This document shows positions 21,654 through 30,387 of a stretch of 64,000 nucleotides of DNA, piece by piece. Where the stretch lies: contig CP166615.1 of NCBI GenBank assembly GCA_041937175.2, positions 576,001 to 640,000 of the forward strand, in the 5' to 3' direction. The translations under genes were made by a program, and so were the position numbers. The notes below the pieces were generated by a model. The model did no database searches. It was not told the origin of the DNA and worked only from the letters and a program-made list of their open reading frames with translations. Numbering within the stretch: position 1 is the stretch's first letter; the number at the start of each line of letters is the position of its first letter. Origin of the DNA: Limnothrix sp. BL-A-16. Lineage in GTDB: Bacteria > Cyanobacteriota > Cyanobacteriia > CACIAM-69d.

Positions 21654-22781
21654 ATGACCATTTCTTTGCGATCGACTCCCGCGCCTAGTCGCTGGGATCG
21701 GTTCTGTAACTGGATCACCAGCACCGAAAATCGCCTGTACGTGGGCTGGTTTGGTGTGTTGATGATTCCCACCATGCTGACAGCCGCGATCGTCTTTATC
21801 CTGGCATTCATTGCCGCGCCGCCCGTAGACATTGACGGCATCCGCGAACCTGTTGCCGGTTCCCTGCTCTATGGCAACAATCTGATTTCCGCCACCGTTA
21901 TTCCCCCGTCCGCCGCGATCGGGTTGCACTTTTACCCCATTTGGGAAGCCGCCTCACTGGATGAATGGCTCTACAACGGCGGCCCCTACGAGCTAATCGT
22001 TTTCCACTTCCTGATTGCGATCTACAGCTACCTGGGTCGTCAATGGGAACTGAGCTACCGATTGGGAATGCGCCCTTGGATTCCCGTGGCCTTCTCGGCT
22101 CCTGTGGCTGCTGCCACCGCTGTTTTGTTGATCTACCCGATCGGGCAAGGTAGCTTTTCCGATGGCATGATGCTCGGCATTTCCGGCACTTTTAACTTCA
22201 TGATTGTGTTCTCGCCGGAGCACAACATCCTGATGCACCCCTTCCACATGTTGGGCGTGGCCGGTGTTTTTGGGGGCGCACTGTTTTCCGCCATGCATGG
22301 CTCGTTGGTGACCTCTTCCTTGGTGCGGGAAACCAACATGAACGAATCGCCTAATCATGGCTATAAGTTCGGCCAAGAAACGGAAACCTACAACATTGTG
22401 GCTGCCCACGGTTACTTTGGCCGGCTGATTTTTCAATACGCCAGCTTCAACAATTCCCGTTCGTTGCACTTCTTCCTAGCCGCTTGGCCCGTAATTGGCA
22501 TTTGGTTCGCCGCCTTGGGCGTTTCCACCATGTCTTTTAACCTGAATGGATTTAACTTCAATAACTCCATTTTGGATAGCCAAGGGCATCCGATTAACAC
22601 CTGGGCTGATGTGCTGAACCGAGCCAACTTGGGCATCGAAGTGATGCATGAACGGAACGCGCACCAGTTTCCTTTGGATTTGGCAAGTTCGGCGGACTTT
22701 CAACCCGTTGCGGCCTTGCAATCGGACTTTCAAGCGGACTTTCAACCCGCTAGCCTGACGGCTCCCGCAATTGCAGGCTAA
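21654..22781 (+). CDS. psbA: Photosystem II D1 protein, low-oxygen D1' type
   Basis: Full D1 with Y161, H190, D170, E189, H332, E333, D342 and A344 intact; D1' signature substitutions G80A, F158L, T286A. Confidence 0.95.
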   Translation: MTISLRSTPAPSRWDRFCNWITSTENRLYVGWFGVLMIPTMLTAAIVFILAFIAAPPVDIDGIREPVAGSLLYGNNLISATVIPPSAAIGLHFYPIWEAASLDEWLYNGGPYELIVFHFLIAIYSYLGRQWELSYRLGMRPWIPVAFSAPVAAATAVLLIYPIGQGSFSDGMMLGISGTFNFMIVFSPEHNILMHPFHMLGVAGVFGGALFSAMHGSLVTSSLVRETNMNESPNHGYKFGQETETYNIVAAHGYFGRLIFQYASFNNSRSLHFFLAAWPVIGIWFAALGVSTMSFNLNGFNFNNSILDSQGHPINTWADVLNRANLGIEVMHERNAHQFPLDLASSADFQPVAALQSDFQADFQPASLTAPAIAG

Positions 22782-22920
22782 CTGAAAGTTGGTGGTGTTG
22801 AAATTGGTCTTGAGGCTGATGAAAATGGCGAATTAATGTCATGGTTGGCATGAATTTATTACCCAGTAGAAGCGCAACAGATTAACTTCTCAGATTCGTC
22901 ATTCTCAGCACTCAACGAAT

Positions 22921-22954
22921 GGGGGAGACTGCGCGATCGCACCTCCCCCTTTTT
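22921..22954 (+). terminator. Rho-independent terminator after psbA
   Basis: gggggag...ctccccc stem followed by ttttt. Confidence 0.7.
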
Positions 22955-23011
22955 GCTTGACCAAACCACCTCAGCCGAAATCACCGGTTTATTTGTGGCT
23001 CTTGAGGAGTT

Positions 23012-23869
23012 GTGTTCATGACCGTTATTTGGAAACAGCTATCAGCCGATCGTCCGCCGGTTAAATTAAATCTGTTGGCCGTAGGTTTCTTTGCTGTCTT
23101 TCATCTTGTTGCCCTCTCTGCCCCCTGGTTTTTCTCTTGGTCAGCTTTGGGAGTTTGTCTCCTGTTGCACTGGCTATTTGGCAGCATTGGCATCTGTCTG
23201 GGCTTTCACCGCCTCCTCAGCCATCGCAGTTTCCAGGTTCCCAAGCCCCTAGAGTATCTGATTGCCCTCATTGGCTCCATGGCTCTGCAAGGCGGGCCGA
23301 TTTTTTGGGTTGCGGGTCACCGACTGCACCACGCTTTCACTGAAGATGAAGACAAGGATCCCTATTCCTCTCGGCGCGGTTTTTGGTGGAGCCATATGCT
23401 CTGGATGTTGTATCCGCGGCCGGAGTTTTTTGAATACGATCAATACCAACGCTACGCGCCAGATTTGGCCCGCGACCCCGTTTATCGGTGGTTAAATCAA
23501 AACTTCCTGTGGCTGCAACTCCCGATCGCGATCGGGCTGTATTTCTGGGGTGGTTGGTCTTTCGTGATTTACGGCATTTTCTTGCGAGCCGTTTTGCTTT
23601 GGCATTCCACCTGGTTCATCAATTCCGTAACCCATTTGTACGGGGGCTATCGTCCCTTTGCGACTGAAGACACCACTCGGAATCTCTGGTGGGCGGCCAT
23701 TTTGACCTATGGCGAAGGTTGGCATAACAATCACCATGCCTACCCCCATGTGGCGAAATGTGGTTGGCGTTGGTGGGAAATTGATATGACCTGGTGGGCA
23801 ATTTGGGTATTGTCTATTTTGGGTTTGGCTCGCAATATTCATCAGCCACCGGAGTTGCTGGAATCATAA
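23012..23869 (+). CDS. desC: Delta-9 acyl-lipid desaturase (DesC family)
   Basis: His boxes HRLLSH, HRLHH and HNNHH; GEGW; transmembrane segments. Confidence 0.88.
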   Translation: MFMTVIWKQLSADRPPVKLNLLAVGFFAVFHLVALSAPWFFSWSALGVCLLLHWLFGSIGICLGFHRLLSHRSFQVPKPLEYLIALIGSMALQGGPIFWVAGHRLHHAFTEDEDKDPYSSRRGFWWSHMLWMLYPRPEFFEYDQYQRYAPDLARDPVYRWLNQNFLWLQLPIAIGLYFWGGWSFVIYGIFLRAVLLWHSTWFINSVTHLYGGYRPFATEDTTRNLWWAAILTYGEGWHNNHHAYPHVAKCGWRWWEIDMTWWAIWVLSILGLARNIHQPPELLES

Positions 23870-23919
23870 GCCTTTGATCCGGAAGCTTGAAATAGAATCC
23901 GTGACTCAATAACCAAAAA

Positions 23920-24075
23920 ATCGAACTGAAAACCATCGAGGCAAGGGGCTTAAGCCCCTTGTCTTTGTTGGTGAATTTATTTTGATAGGATCTGTGATTC
24001 AATGACCGAAAGATCGAGCTGAAAGCTATTGGGGCAAGGGGCTTAAGCCCCTTGTCTTTGTTGGTGAATTTATCT
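23920..24075. repeat. Direct duplication of an ~60-bp unit containing the CAAGGGGCTTAAGCCCCTTG palindrome
   Basis: gcaaggggcttaagccccttgtctttgttggtgaatttat occurs at about 23941 and about 24034. Confidence 0.85.
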
Positions 24076-24304
24076 TAAATTGAAGAGCTTTATTAAAACT
24101 AAATCTTAAAACTAAACCTTAAAACTAAATCTTAAAACCTATGAATTGGTCGATCGATTGGATGGGTCTGACCATTAACCATTATTGAAACGATCGAAAC
24201 GGTTGACGATCGGGTCATGTCGTTCGGGAAGCCGTGCGGCATAATGGGGCGTGGTCTCGGCTTTGGGGCCGATCGACTGGGATTTTTGACCGAGATCGCT
24301 CGCC

Positions 24305-25414
24305 ATGATTGAAGTGGAACAGTTGCGGAAGGTCTACGGCAGCACCGTAGCCATTCGCGAGGTGACGTTTTCTGTGGAGCCGGGAGAAATTTTGGGGTTT
24401 CTGGGCCCCAACGGTGCAGGCAAAACCACCACAATGCGGATTTTGACCGGCTATTTACCGGCCACCAGTGGCACGGCGCGGGTGGCGGGGTTTGATGTAC
24501 ATGACGATTCGATGGCGGTGCGCGAACGGATTGGCTATTTGCCAGAAACGCCGCCCCTCTACCCGGACATGACGGTGGAAGGATTTTTGAACTTTGTGGC
24601 GCGGATTAAGGGTGTTTCGGCGGGCGATCGGGCGGAGCGGGTGCGCTGGTCGATCGAGCGCTGTGGGTTGAGCGATCGCCGCAAAACTATCATCAATAAA
24701 TTGTCGAAGGGCTATCGCCAGCGGGTAGGGATTGCCCAGGCGATCGTGCATGATCCCCCGGCGATCGTGTTGGATGAGCCAACGGTGGGGTTAGATCCGC
24801 GCCAAATTGCAGAAGTCCGCAACCTGATCAAAAGTTTGGCGGGTGACCATACGGTGATTTTGTCCACCCACATCCTGCCGGAAGTGAGCATGACTTGCAG
24901 TCGGGTGGCGATCGTGAACGGTGGGCGGGTGGTGGCCACCGACACCCCCGACAACCTGATGGCGGGTCGTGTGGGCGGCGCGGCCTACGATTTGGAAATC
25001 GATGGTGCTGAATCGGCGTTGGTGACCCTGACGGAAGGAGAACCGCCACAATTGCTCGATCGAGCGTTGCAGTTGGTGGAGCGGCTACAAACGTTGGCGG
25101 GAGTGCGATCGGTCACGCCCCAGGGATCTCCAAGCGATCGACCCGATCGATTGCGGTTGAAGGTGGCGATCGCGCGAGATACGGAACCGGCCCAGGAAAT
25201 TGCCCGCGCCGTCATTGCCGCTGATTTGGGGCTATGTGAATTACGCCGCAGCCAAGCCACCTTGGAAGATGTGTTCTTGGATTTGACCACCGAGGAACCG
25301 ACGACCCCAACGGAGACAACTGGGGCGATCGCCTCGCAGGATGTGGCAGTTTCGGATCCCGCACCGATCGAGGTTGAAACCTCCCCGGAATCGCCCCTGG
25401 AGACTGCTGAATAA
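24305..25414 (+). CDS. ABC transporter ATP-binding protein (GldA-like)
   Basis: Walker A GPNGAGKT; signature LSKGYRQR; LDEPT; H-loop STH. Confidence 0.92.
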   Translation: MIEVEQLRKVYGSTVAIREVTFSVEPGEILGFLGPNGAGKTTTMRILTGYLPATSGTARVAGFDVHDDSMAVRERIGYLPETPPLYPDMTVEGFLNFVARIKGVSAGDRAERVRWSIERCGLSDRRKTIINKLSKGYRQRVGIAQAIVHDPPAIVLDEPTVGLDPRQIAEVRNLIKSLAGDHTVILSTHILPEVSMTCSRVAIVNGGRVVATDTPDNLMAGRVGGAAYDLEIDGAESALVTLTEGEPPQLLDRALQLVERLQTLAGVRSVTPQGSPSDRPDRLRLKVAIARDTEPAQEIARAVIAADLGLCELRRSQATLEDVFLDLTTEEPTTPTETTGAIASQDVAVSDPAPIEVETSPESPLETAE

Positions 25415-25698
25415 TGGTCGCTAGTTTGGACTTGCCAGCTTTGATTTGCCAGTTTTGATTTGCCAGATTTTCTGAACATGAATTACGGCTTCAAAATAGG
25501 TAACCGGCTAGTCAACAAATCGCATGATCCAAAAGCACTTTTTCTGAATTTTTCGCCTAACCTTTTCCTGCTTCAATTCCCACGACTAACTTGTCTGATT
25601 GCTCAATTTCCGATTCTCAACCCTTGCTTCTCAATTCTGTTCGCTGATCTTCCACGGCTTACTTTTATATTTTCCTCAAGGATGGTTGAAACTGAGGC

Positions 25699-26535
25699 AT
25701 GGCTGTTAACTTAGGACATCGATTACGAGTGATCTTGGCTAATATTGTGGCCATCTATCAACGAGAATTACAGAGCTATTTTGTTTCTCCCTTGGCCTAT
25801 GGTGTGGCTAGTATTTTTTGGTTAATTGCAGGCATTTTCTTTGTGGCGGTGTTGCTGGGGCCGGCGGGCATCATTGCCCAATCGGCCATGCGTGATATGC
25901 AGGGCCAGCAAATGGGCATTCCTGTGCCGCCGATCGATGTTCCCTACGAGTTTCTGAAAATTTACTTGGGGAGTTTGGGGTCATTATCCCTCTTCATTTT
26001 GCCGATTTTGTCCATGAGTCTCTACACGGAAGAGCGCAAACGCGGCACGATCGAACTTTTAGCCACATCCCCAATCACGAACTGGGCCGTAGCCCTGGGC
26101 AAGCTCTTGGGGGTGCTCACCTTTTTTGCCAGCATTTTGGCTCCAATTCTGTTGCTGGAACTGATTGTTTTGGCGGCCTCCAATCCGCCCATTTCCCCTT
26201 GGGTGGCGGTATCGGGACACTTGGGGTTGTTGCTGATGGGGGGTAGTGTTTTGTCTCTGGGAATGTTCCTGTCATCCCTAACGGCCAGCACGGTTTTGGC
26301 GGCGATGATGACCTTTGCCCTTAATCTGTCCCTCTGGATTATTGATCTGTTGGCTAACGCGATCGGGGGGGATTTGGGTCAGGCGATCGGGCATTTATCT
26401 TTGTTGAAGCATTACGAAGCGGCGGTGCGTGGCGTGCCCGAAACAGGCAGTGTGATTTTGTTTTTGAGCTATATCCTACTCGGCATTTTTCTGACGGCTC
26501 AGTCGGTGGAAACCTTCCGTTTTCAGCGCTCTTAG
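25699..26535 (+). CDS. ABC transporter permease (GldF-like)
   Basis: RELQSYFVSP...EERKRGTIELLATSP...GK; about six TM helices. Confidence 0.88.
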   Translation: MAVNLGHRLRVILANIVAIYQRELQSYFVSPLAYGVASIFWLIAGIFFVAVLLGPAGIIAQSAMRDMQGQQMGIPVPPIDVPYEFLKIYLGSLGSLSLFILPILSMSLYTEERKRGTIELLATSPITNWAVALGKLLGVLTFFASILAPILLLELIVLAASNPPISPWVAVSGHLGLLLMGGSVLSLGMFLSSLTASTVLAAMMTFALNLSLWIIDLLANAIGGDLGQAIGHLSLLKHYEAAVRGVPETGSVILFLSYILLGIFLTAQSVETFRFQRS

Positions 26536-26849
26536 GCATATCCTCACAGGCTGAATTCTGGAGCGATCGCCTGAGTTTTATCGCCTAGGTTCAATTGCCT
26601 GAATTCAAGCACCGGAGTGTGATTAGAAAAATGCAATTCAGTCACTGCAATTGAGTAAACGAAATTGCAGCAATGAAATTACAGCCTTTACCTCGCTTAA
26701 CAAGTACAGCAAGCTGTGGGGTGGGCATTGCTCACCGATTAACAGCTTCATGGCATCTGCGATCTGACGTACCAATCGTTTGAGGTAAAGGCTGTAAGTG
26801 GGTTCAGTATTCATTTTGGCGTTTTTGCCATTCAGGGGGAACTGATTCA

Positions 26850-28589
26850 GTGGCTATGAAACCGACATCCGTGCAGCAACTGTTGCCTCGTTATCTCAAA
26901 TCTGGGCTGAGATATCTCGTTAAATATCTAATTTTTGTGGGTCTGTTCCTGATGGCGGCGGGCCTGTCAGCGGGCTTTGTGGGTGGCTGGGGCCCCTTGG
27001 CTGGGGGGCTGATGGTCGCTGGCATTGTGGCGATCGGGATTTGGCTGGTCACCCAAGGGAATTTGCGCCGCACTTGGAGCCAGCGATCGACCCAATCCAA
27101 TACCAATGCACTGTTGGCAACCTTGGCGGCTTTGCTAATTTTTGGGGCGATCAATTTCTTGGGATCTCGCTACAGCACCAAGTTTGATTTAACCGAAACC
27201 CAACTGTTTACGCTGGCCCCTGAAACCCAGGAAACGGTGCGCAATTTGGGTCAAAAAATCAAAATCTTGGTTTTTGATCGATCGCTCTCTGATACCGATC
27301 GAGAACTGCTAAATAATTACGCCAAATTAAATCCCAACTTCACCTATGAATTAGTGGATCCACAGGTGGATTTTGGCCGGGCCCAAAGTTTCAAGGTCAA
27401 ATCCTTTGGGGAAGTGTATTTGGAATCGGGCGACCAAAAACGTTTGGTGACCACCTTGGGGCCCGAAAGTCGCCTGAAGGAAACGGAGTTAACCAACGCG
27501 ATCGCCCAGCTTTCCAGCACCACCCAAGCAACGGTTTATTTCCTGCAAGGTCACGGGGAACGCCCAATTGAAGGGGAACAGGGCGGTTTGACGGAAGCGG
27601 TGACGGGCCTCAAGGCCAAGAACTTCATCGCCAAACCCTTAAACCTGATTCGCGAGGGCAAAATACCCGAGGATGGCATTGCTTTAGCCATCATCGGCCC
27701 CCAACGTCCCTTGCTCGATCGGGAACTGACGCTTTTGGAAACCTATTTGCAGCGGGGTGGGCGGCTGTTGGCGCTGCTGGATCCCGCGTCCGATGGCGGT
27801 CTTAGCCAACTGTTAACCCGTTGGGGGGTGAAGTTGGATAACCGCCTGGTGGTGGATGCGTCGGGAACGGGTCAGTTGGCCGGTTTAGGCCCCGATGCCC
27901 CGATCGTCACCCAATATGGCGACCATCCCATCACCCAGGATTTCAAAGGCGGGGTTTCGATTTACCCGGTGGCGCGATCGCTCGAAATCGTCAACACCAG
28001 CGGCATCACGGCCACGCCTCTGATCAAAACTGACGAAAAGAGCTGGGCTGAAAGTCAACCCACCGCCCAACAACTCACCTTCACGCCCCCGCAAGATCGC
28101 CAAGGGCCGTTGGTTTTGGGGGTGGCCTTGGAACGGGCGATCGCTCCTGAACCGGCCGTGAGTCCCTCTCCGTCTCCCAGCCCTAGCCCAACGACCAGCC
28201 CGATCGCTAGCCCCAGTCCGACCGTCTCTCCAACCGCATCCCCGACTGGATCCCCAACTGCTAGCCCCAGTCCGGCCCCGAGTCCTTCGCCGAGTCCCTC
28301 CCCCAGCCCGGCCCCTCCGAAAGCCGCTCGGTTGGTGGTGATTGGGAACTCGTCATTTATGGCGGATGGGCTATTTAGCCAGCAGCTCAATGGCGATGTG
28401 TTTCTGAATTCCGTGGGTTGGTTGGGCGATCGCGCCGCCAGCAGCCTTTCCATTCGGCCACGCGAACCCAATAATCGCCGTTTCACGATCACGAATCAGC
28501 AGTCCGCGCTGTTGCTGTTGTTGGCGTTGGGGGTGTTCCCGATCGGGGGGCTGACCTTGGCGGGTGTGATGTGGTGGAAGCGACGCTAG
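26850..28589 (+). CDS. GldG family ABC-associated protein
   Basis: DLTETQLFTL, YFLQGHGE, LVVIGNS..N.DVFLNSV.WL motifs; C-terminal TM ending WWKRR; Ser/Pro/Thr insert. Confidence 0.85.
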   Translation: MAMKPTSVQQLLPRYLKSGLRYLVKYLIFVGLFLMAAGLSAGFVGGWGPLAGGLMVAGIVAIGIWLVTQGNLRRTWSQRSTQSNTNALLATLAALLIFGAINFLGSRYSTKFDLTETQLFTLAPETQETVRNLGQKIKILVFDRSLSDTDRELLNNYAKLNPNFTYELVDPQVDFGRAQSFKVKSFGEVYLESGDQKRLVTTLGPESRLKETELTNAIAQLSSTTQATVYFLQGHGERPIEGEQGGLTEAVTGLKAKNFIAKPLNLIREGKIPEDGIALAIIGPQRPLLDRELTLLETYLQRGGRLLALLDPASDGGLSQLLTRWGVKLDNRLVVDASGTGQLAGLGPDAPIVTQYGDHPITQDFKGGVSIYPVARSLEIVNTSGITATPLIKTDEKSWAESQPTAQQLTFTPPQDRQGPLVLGVALERAIAPEPAVSPSPSPSPSPTTSPIASPSPTVSPTASPTGSPTASPSPAPSPSPSPSPSPAPPKAARLVVIGNSSFMADGLFSQQLNGDVFLNSVGWLGDRAASSLSIRPREPNNRRFTITNQQSALLLLLALGVFPIGGLTLAGVMWWKRR

Positions 28590-28602
28590 GGAGCGAACAA
28601 CC

Positions 28603-29283
28603 ATGAAGCTCAAATCTTCGACCCTTTGGATTTTGGCGATCGCCCTGGGGGTGGCCGGTGGCGTGGCTTTGTTTGAGACGCAATCCACCCAAAAACAAGC
28701 CCAACAACAGCAACAGGCCAAGCTGTTTAGCGTTGCGGAAGCGGATATTCAACAGTTGACCCTGAAACTGGGCGATCGAACCGTGCAGCTCGATCGCCGA
28801 GCCAACTTCCAACCGGGGCAAACCCTGTGGGAACTGCGGTTGAATGGAGGCACAGCGGAACCGGCCAGCGATGGAGCCGTGGCCTTTCTGACCAGTTTGC
28901 TGGCCTCGTCTCAGCGCGATCGCACCATTGAGCGATCGCCCGCCCAGCTTGCGGAATTGGGACTCGATCGCCCCCGGGCCGAAATCACAATGCGTCTGAA
29001 AACCGGCCAGCAACATCGACTGGCGATCGGGCAAGCGGGCTTTGATGATTCGTTTCTCTACGCGCTGGTCGATCCGCCCAATCCCTTGCCGGATCAGGTG
29101 TCCGTTGCCCTGATTCCCAAGGATTTTCAGCTCGCCACGGTCGATCGACCCTTGGCCGAGTGGAAGCAACCGCCGCCGCTCCCGAGTCCCAGCCCCAGCG
29201 CCAGCCCGAGTGAATCGGTCTCGCCCAGCCCGACGGCTAGCCCGACAGTCAGCCCAAGTCCCAGCCCAACAGCCTCGCCGTAG
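28603..29283 (+). CDS. DUF4340 domain protein
   Basis: N-terminal TM anchor; ELGLDRP; last gene of a Gld-like operon; SP-rich tail. Confidence 0.75.
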   Translation: MKLKSSTLWILAIALGVAGGVALFETQSTQKQAQQQQQAKLFSVAEADIQQLTLKLGDRTVQLDRRANFQPGQTLWELRLNGGTAEPASDGAVAFLTSLLASSQRDRTIERSPAQLAELGLDRPRAEITMRLKTGQQHRLAIGQAGFDDSFLYALVDPPNPLPDQVSVALIPKDFQLATVDRPLAEWKQPPPLPSPSPSASPSESVSPSPTASPTVSPSPSPTASP

Positions 29284-29501
29284 GGGCTTACGGCCGCACG
29301 CCCTCCGGTGTCTGCTATGCCCGATCGCCCCGATCGGGTTGGTTTAGTGGGTTGCATTGTGCCCAATCAATGGGGCGAGGCCGGTTCGGCGATCCGCAAG
29401 TGGCTTCAGTACAATTGCAAGAAAATGTGAGGTGCGATCGCCCATGGCCCGCAACCAGCAGGGGTTGATCGCCCCAAGATCGCCCCAATCTAGGCAAGAC
29501 G

Positions 29502-29909
29502 ATGGAACCCACCACATTGGCATTGGCAGGTATCGCGGTTTTGATGGCCAAAAAGTCCGCAGAAACCGTCAGCGAGGTTGTAACGAAGGAGGCACTGGAG
29601 GCGACATTGCCAGCCCTGAAGGCCGTCGCGGGACAGTTGGCGGCTCCGCTGCGCGATCGGGTGGCGGCCTTGGGCGATCGGGTGGTGGCGCGGCTCCCGG
29701 CGGCCAATCTGGAAAATCCGTTCGATGATTTGGCGTTGTTGGAGGCGATCGTGGTGGAAGAGGCGGCCGATCCGGCAATGGCAGCCACGGTTGATGAGGT
29801 GGTGGCGGCGGTGGCTCCGATCATGCCTGCGATCACGATCGAAAACTGGAAAGGCATCAACGTCAAAGGCGGTCAGAATACGATCTCGGGCAACACCTTC
29901 CAATTTTGA
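29502..29909 (+). CDS. Small helical protein, candidate Bell-type cell-death effector with a C-terminal amyloid signalling motif
   Basis: Hydrophobic N-terminus MEPTTLALAGIAVL; helical body; C-terminal ENWKGINVKGGQNTISGNTF is shared with the downstream NLR N-terminus. Confidence 0.7.
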   Translation: MEPTTLALAGIAVLMAKKSAETVSEVVTKEALEATLPALKAVAGQLAAPLRDRVAALGDRVVARLPAANLENPFDDLALLEAIVVEEAADPAMAATVDEVVAAVAPIMPAITIENWKGINVKGGQNTISGNTFQF

Positions 29910-29922
29910 AGCGGCGAGGGCG

Positions 29923-30387
29923 ATGGAGATGAGTGATCGAGCCATTACCTACGACAGCGACTTCTATGGCTGGGTGCAGCAACAAACGGCGCTGATTCGC
30001 CAAGGCCAGTGGAGCGAGCTGGACGCGCAGAATCTTTTGGAGGAGCTGGAAAGCTTGGGGCGATCGGAAAAGCGGGCGTTGATTAGCCAAGTGGCGCGGC
30101 TCTGTGCCCATCTGCTGAAGTGGCGCTATCAACCGGCCAAGCGCAGTCGATCGTGGGTGTTGAGCATTCGCAGTGCCCGCCAGGAAATTGCGGCGATTTT
30201 GCGCGATAACCCCAGTTTGCGCGCCAAGTTGCCGGAGGTGTTTGCGGATGGCTACGATCGCGGTCGGTTGATGGCCCTCGAAGAAACGGGCCTGGCCGAT
30301 CGCGAGATTCCCGAGGTTGCGCCCTTTGATTGGCAAACGGCGATCGAACAGCCGATCGATCTGAACTCCCCCACCGATGCCCCATGA
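29923..30387 (+). CDS. DUF29 family protein
   Basis: YDSDFYGW...LLEELESLGRSEK...HLLKWRYQP..RSRSW...NPSL...ETGL; start 29923 or 29929. Confidence 0.88.
   Translation: MEMSDRAITYDSDFYGWVQQQTALIRQGQWSELDAQNLLEELESLGRSEKRALISQVARLCAHLLKWRYQPAKRSRSWVLSIRSARQEIAAILRDNPSLRAKLPEVFADGYDRGRLMALEETGLADREIPEVAPFDWQTAIEQPIDLNSPTDAP

Noticed and set aside
21654..22781. Rogue D1 or chlorophyll f synthase
   Set aside because: All Mn4CaO5 ligands and Ala344 are present
28160..28320. Ser/Pro/Thr repeats in GldG (and in the DUF4340 tail)
   Set aside because: Ordinary low-complexity linkers
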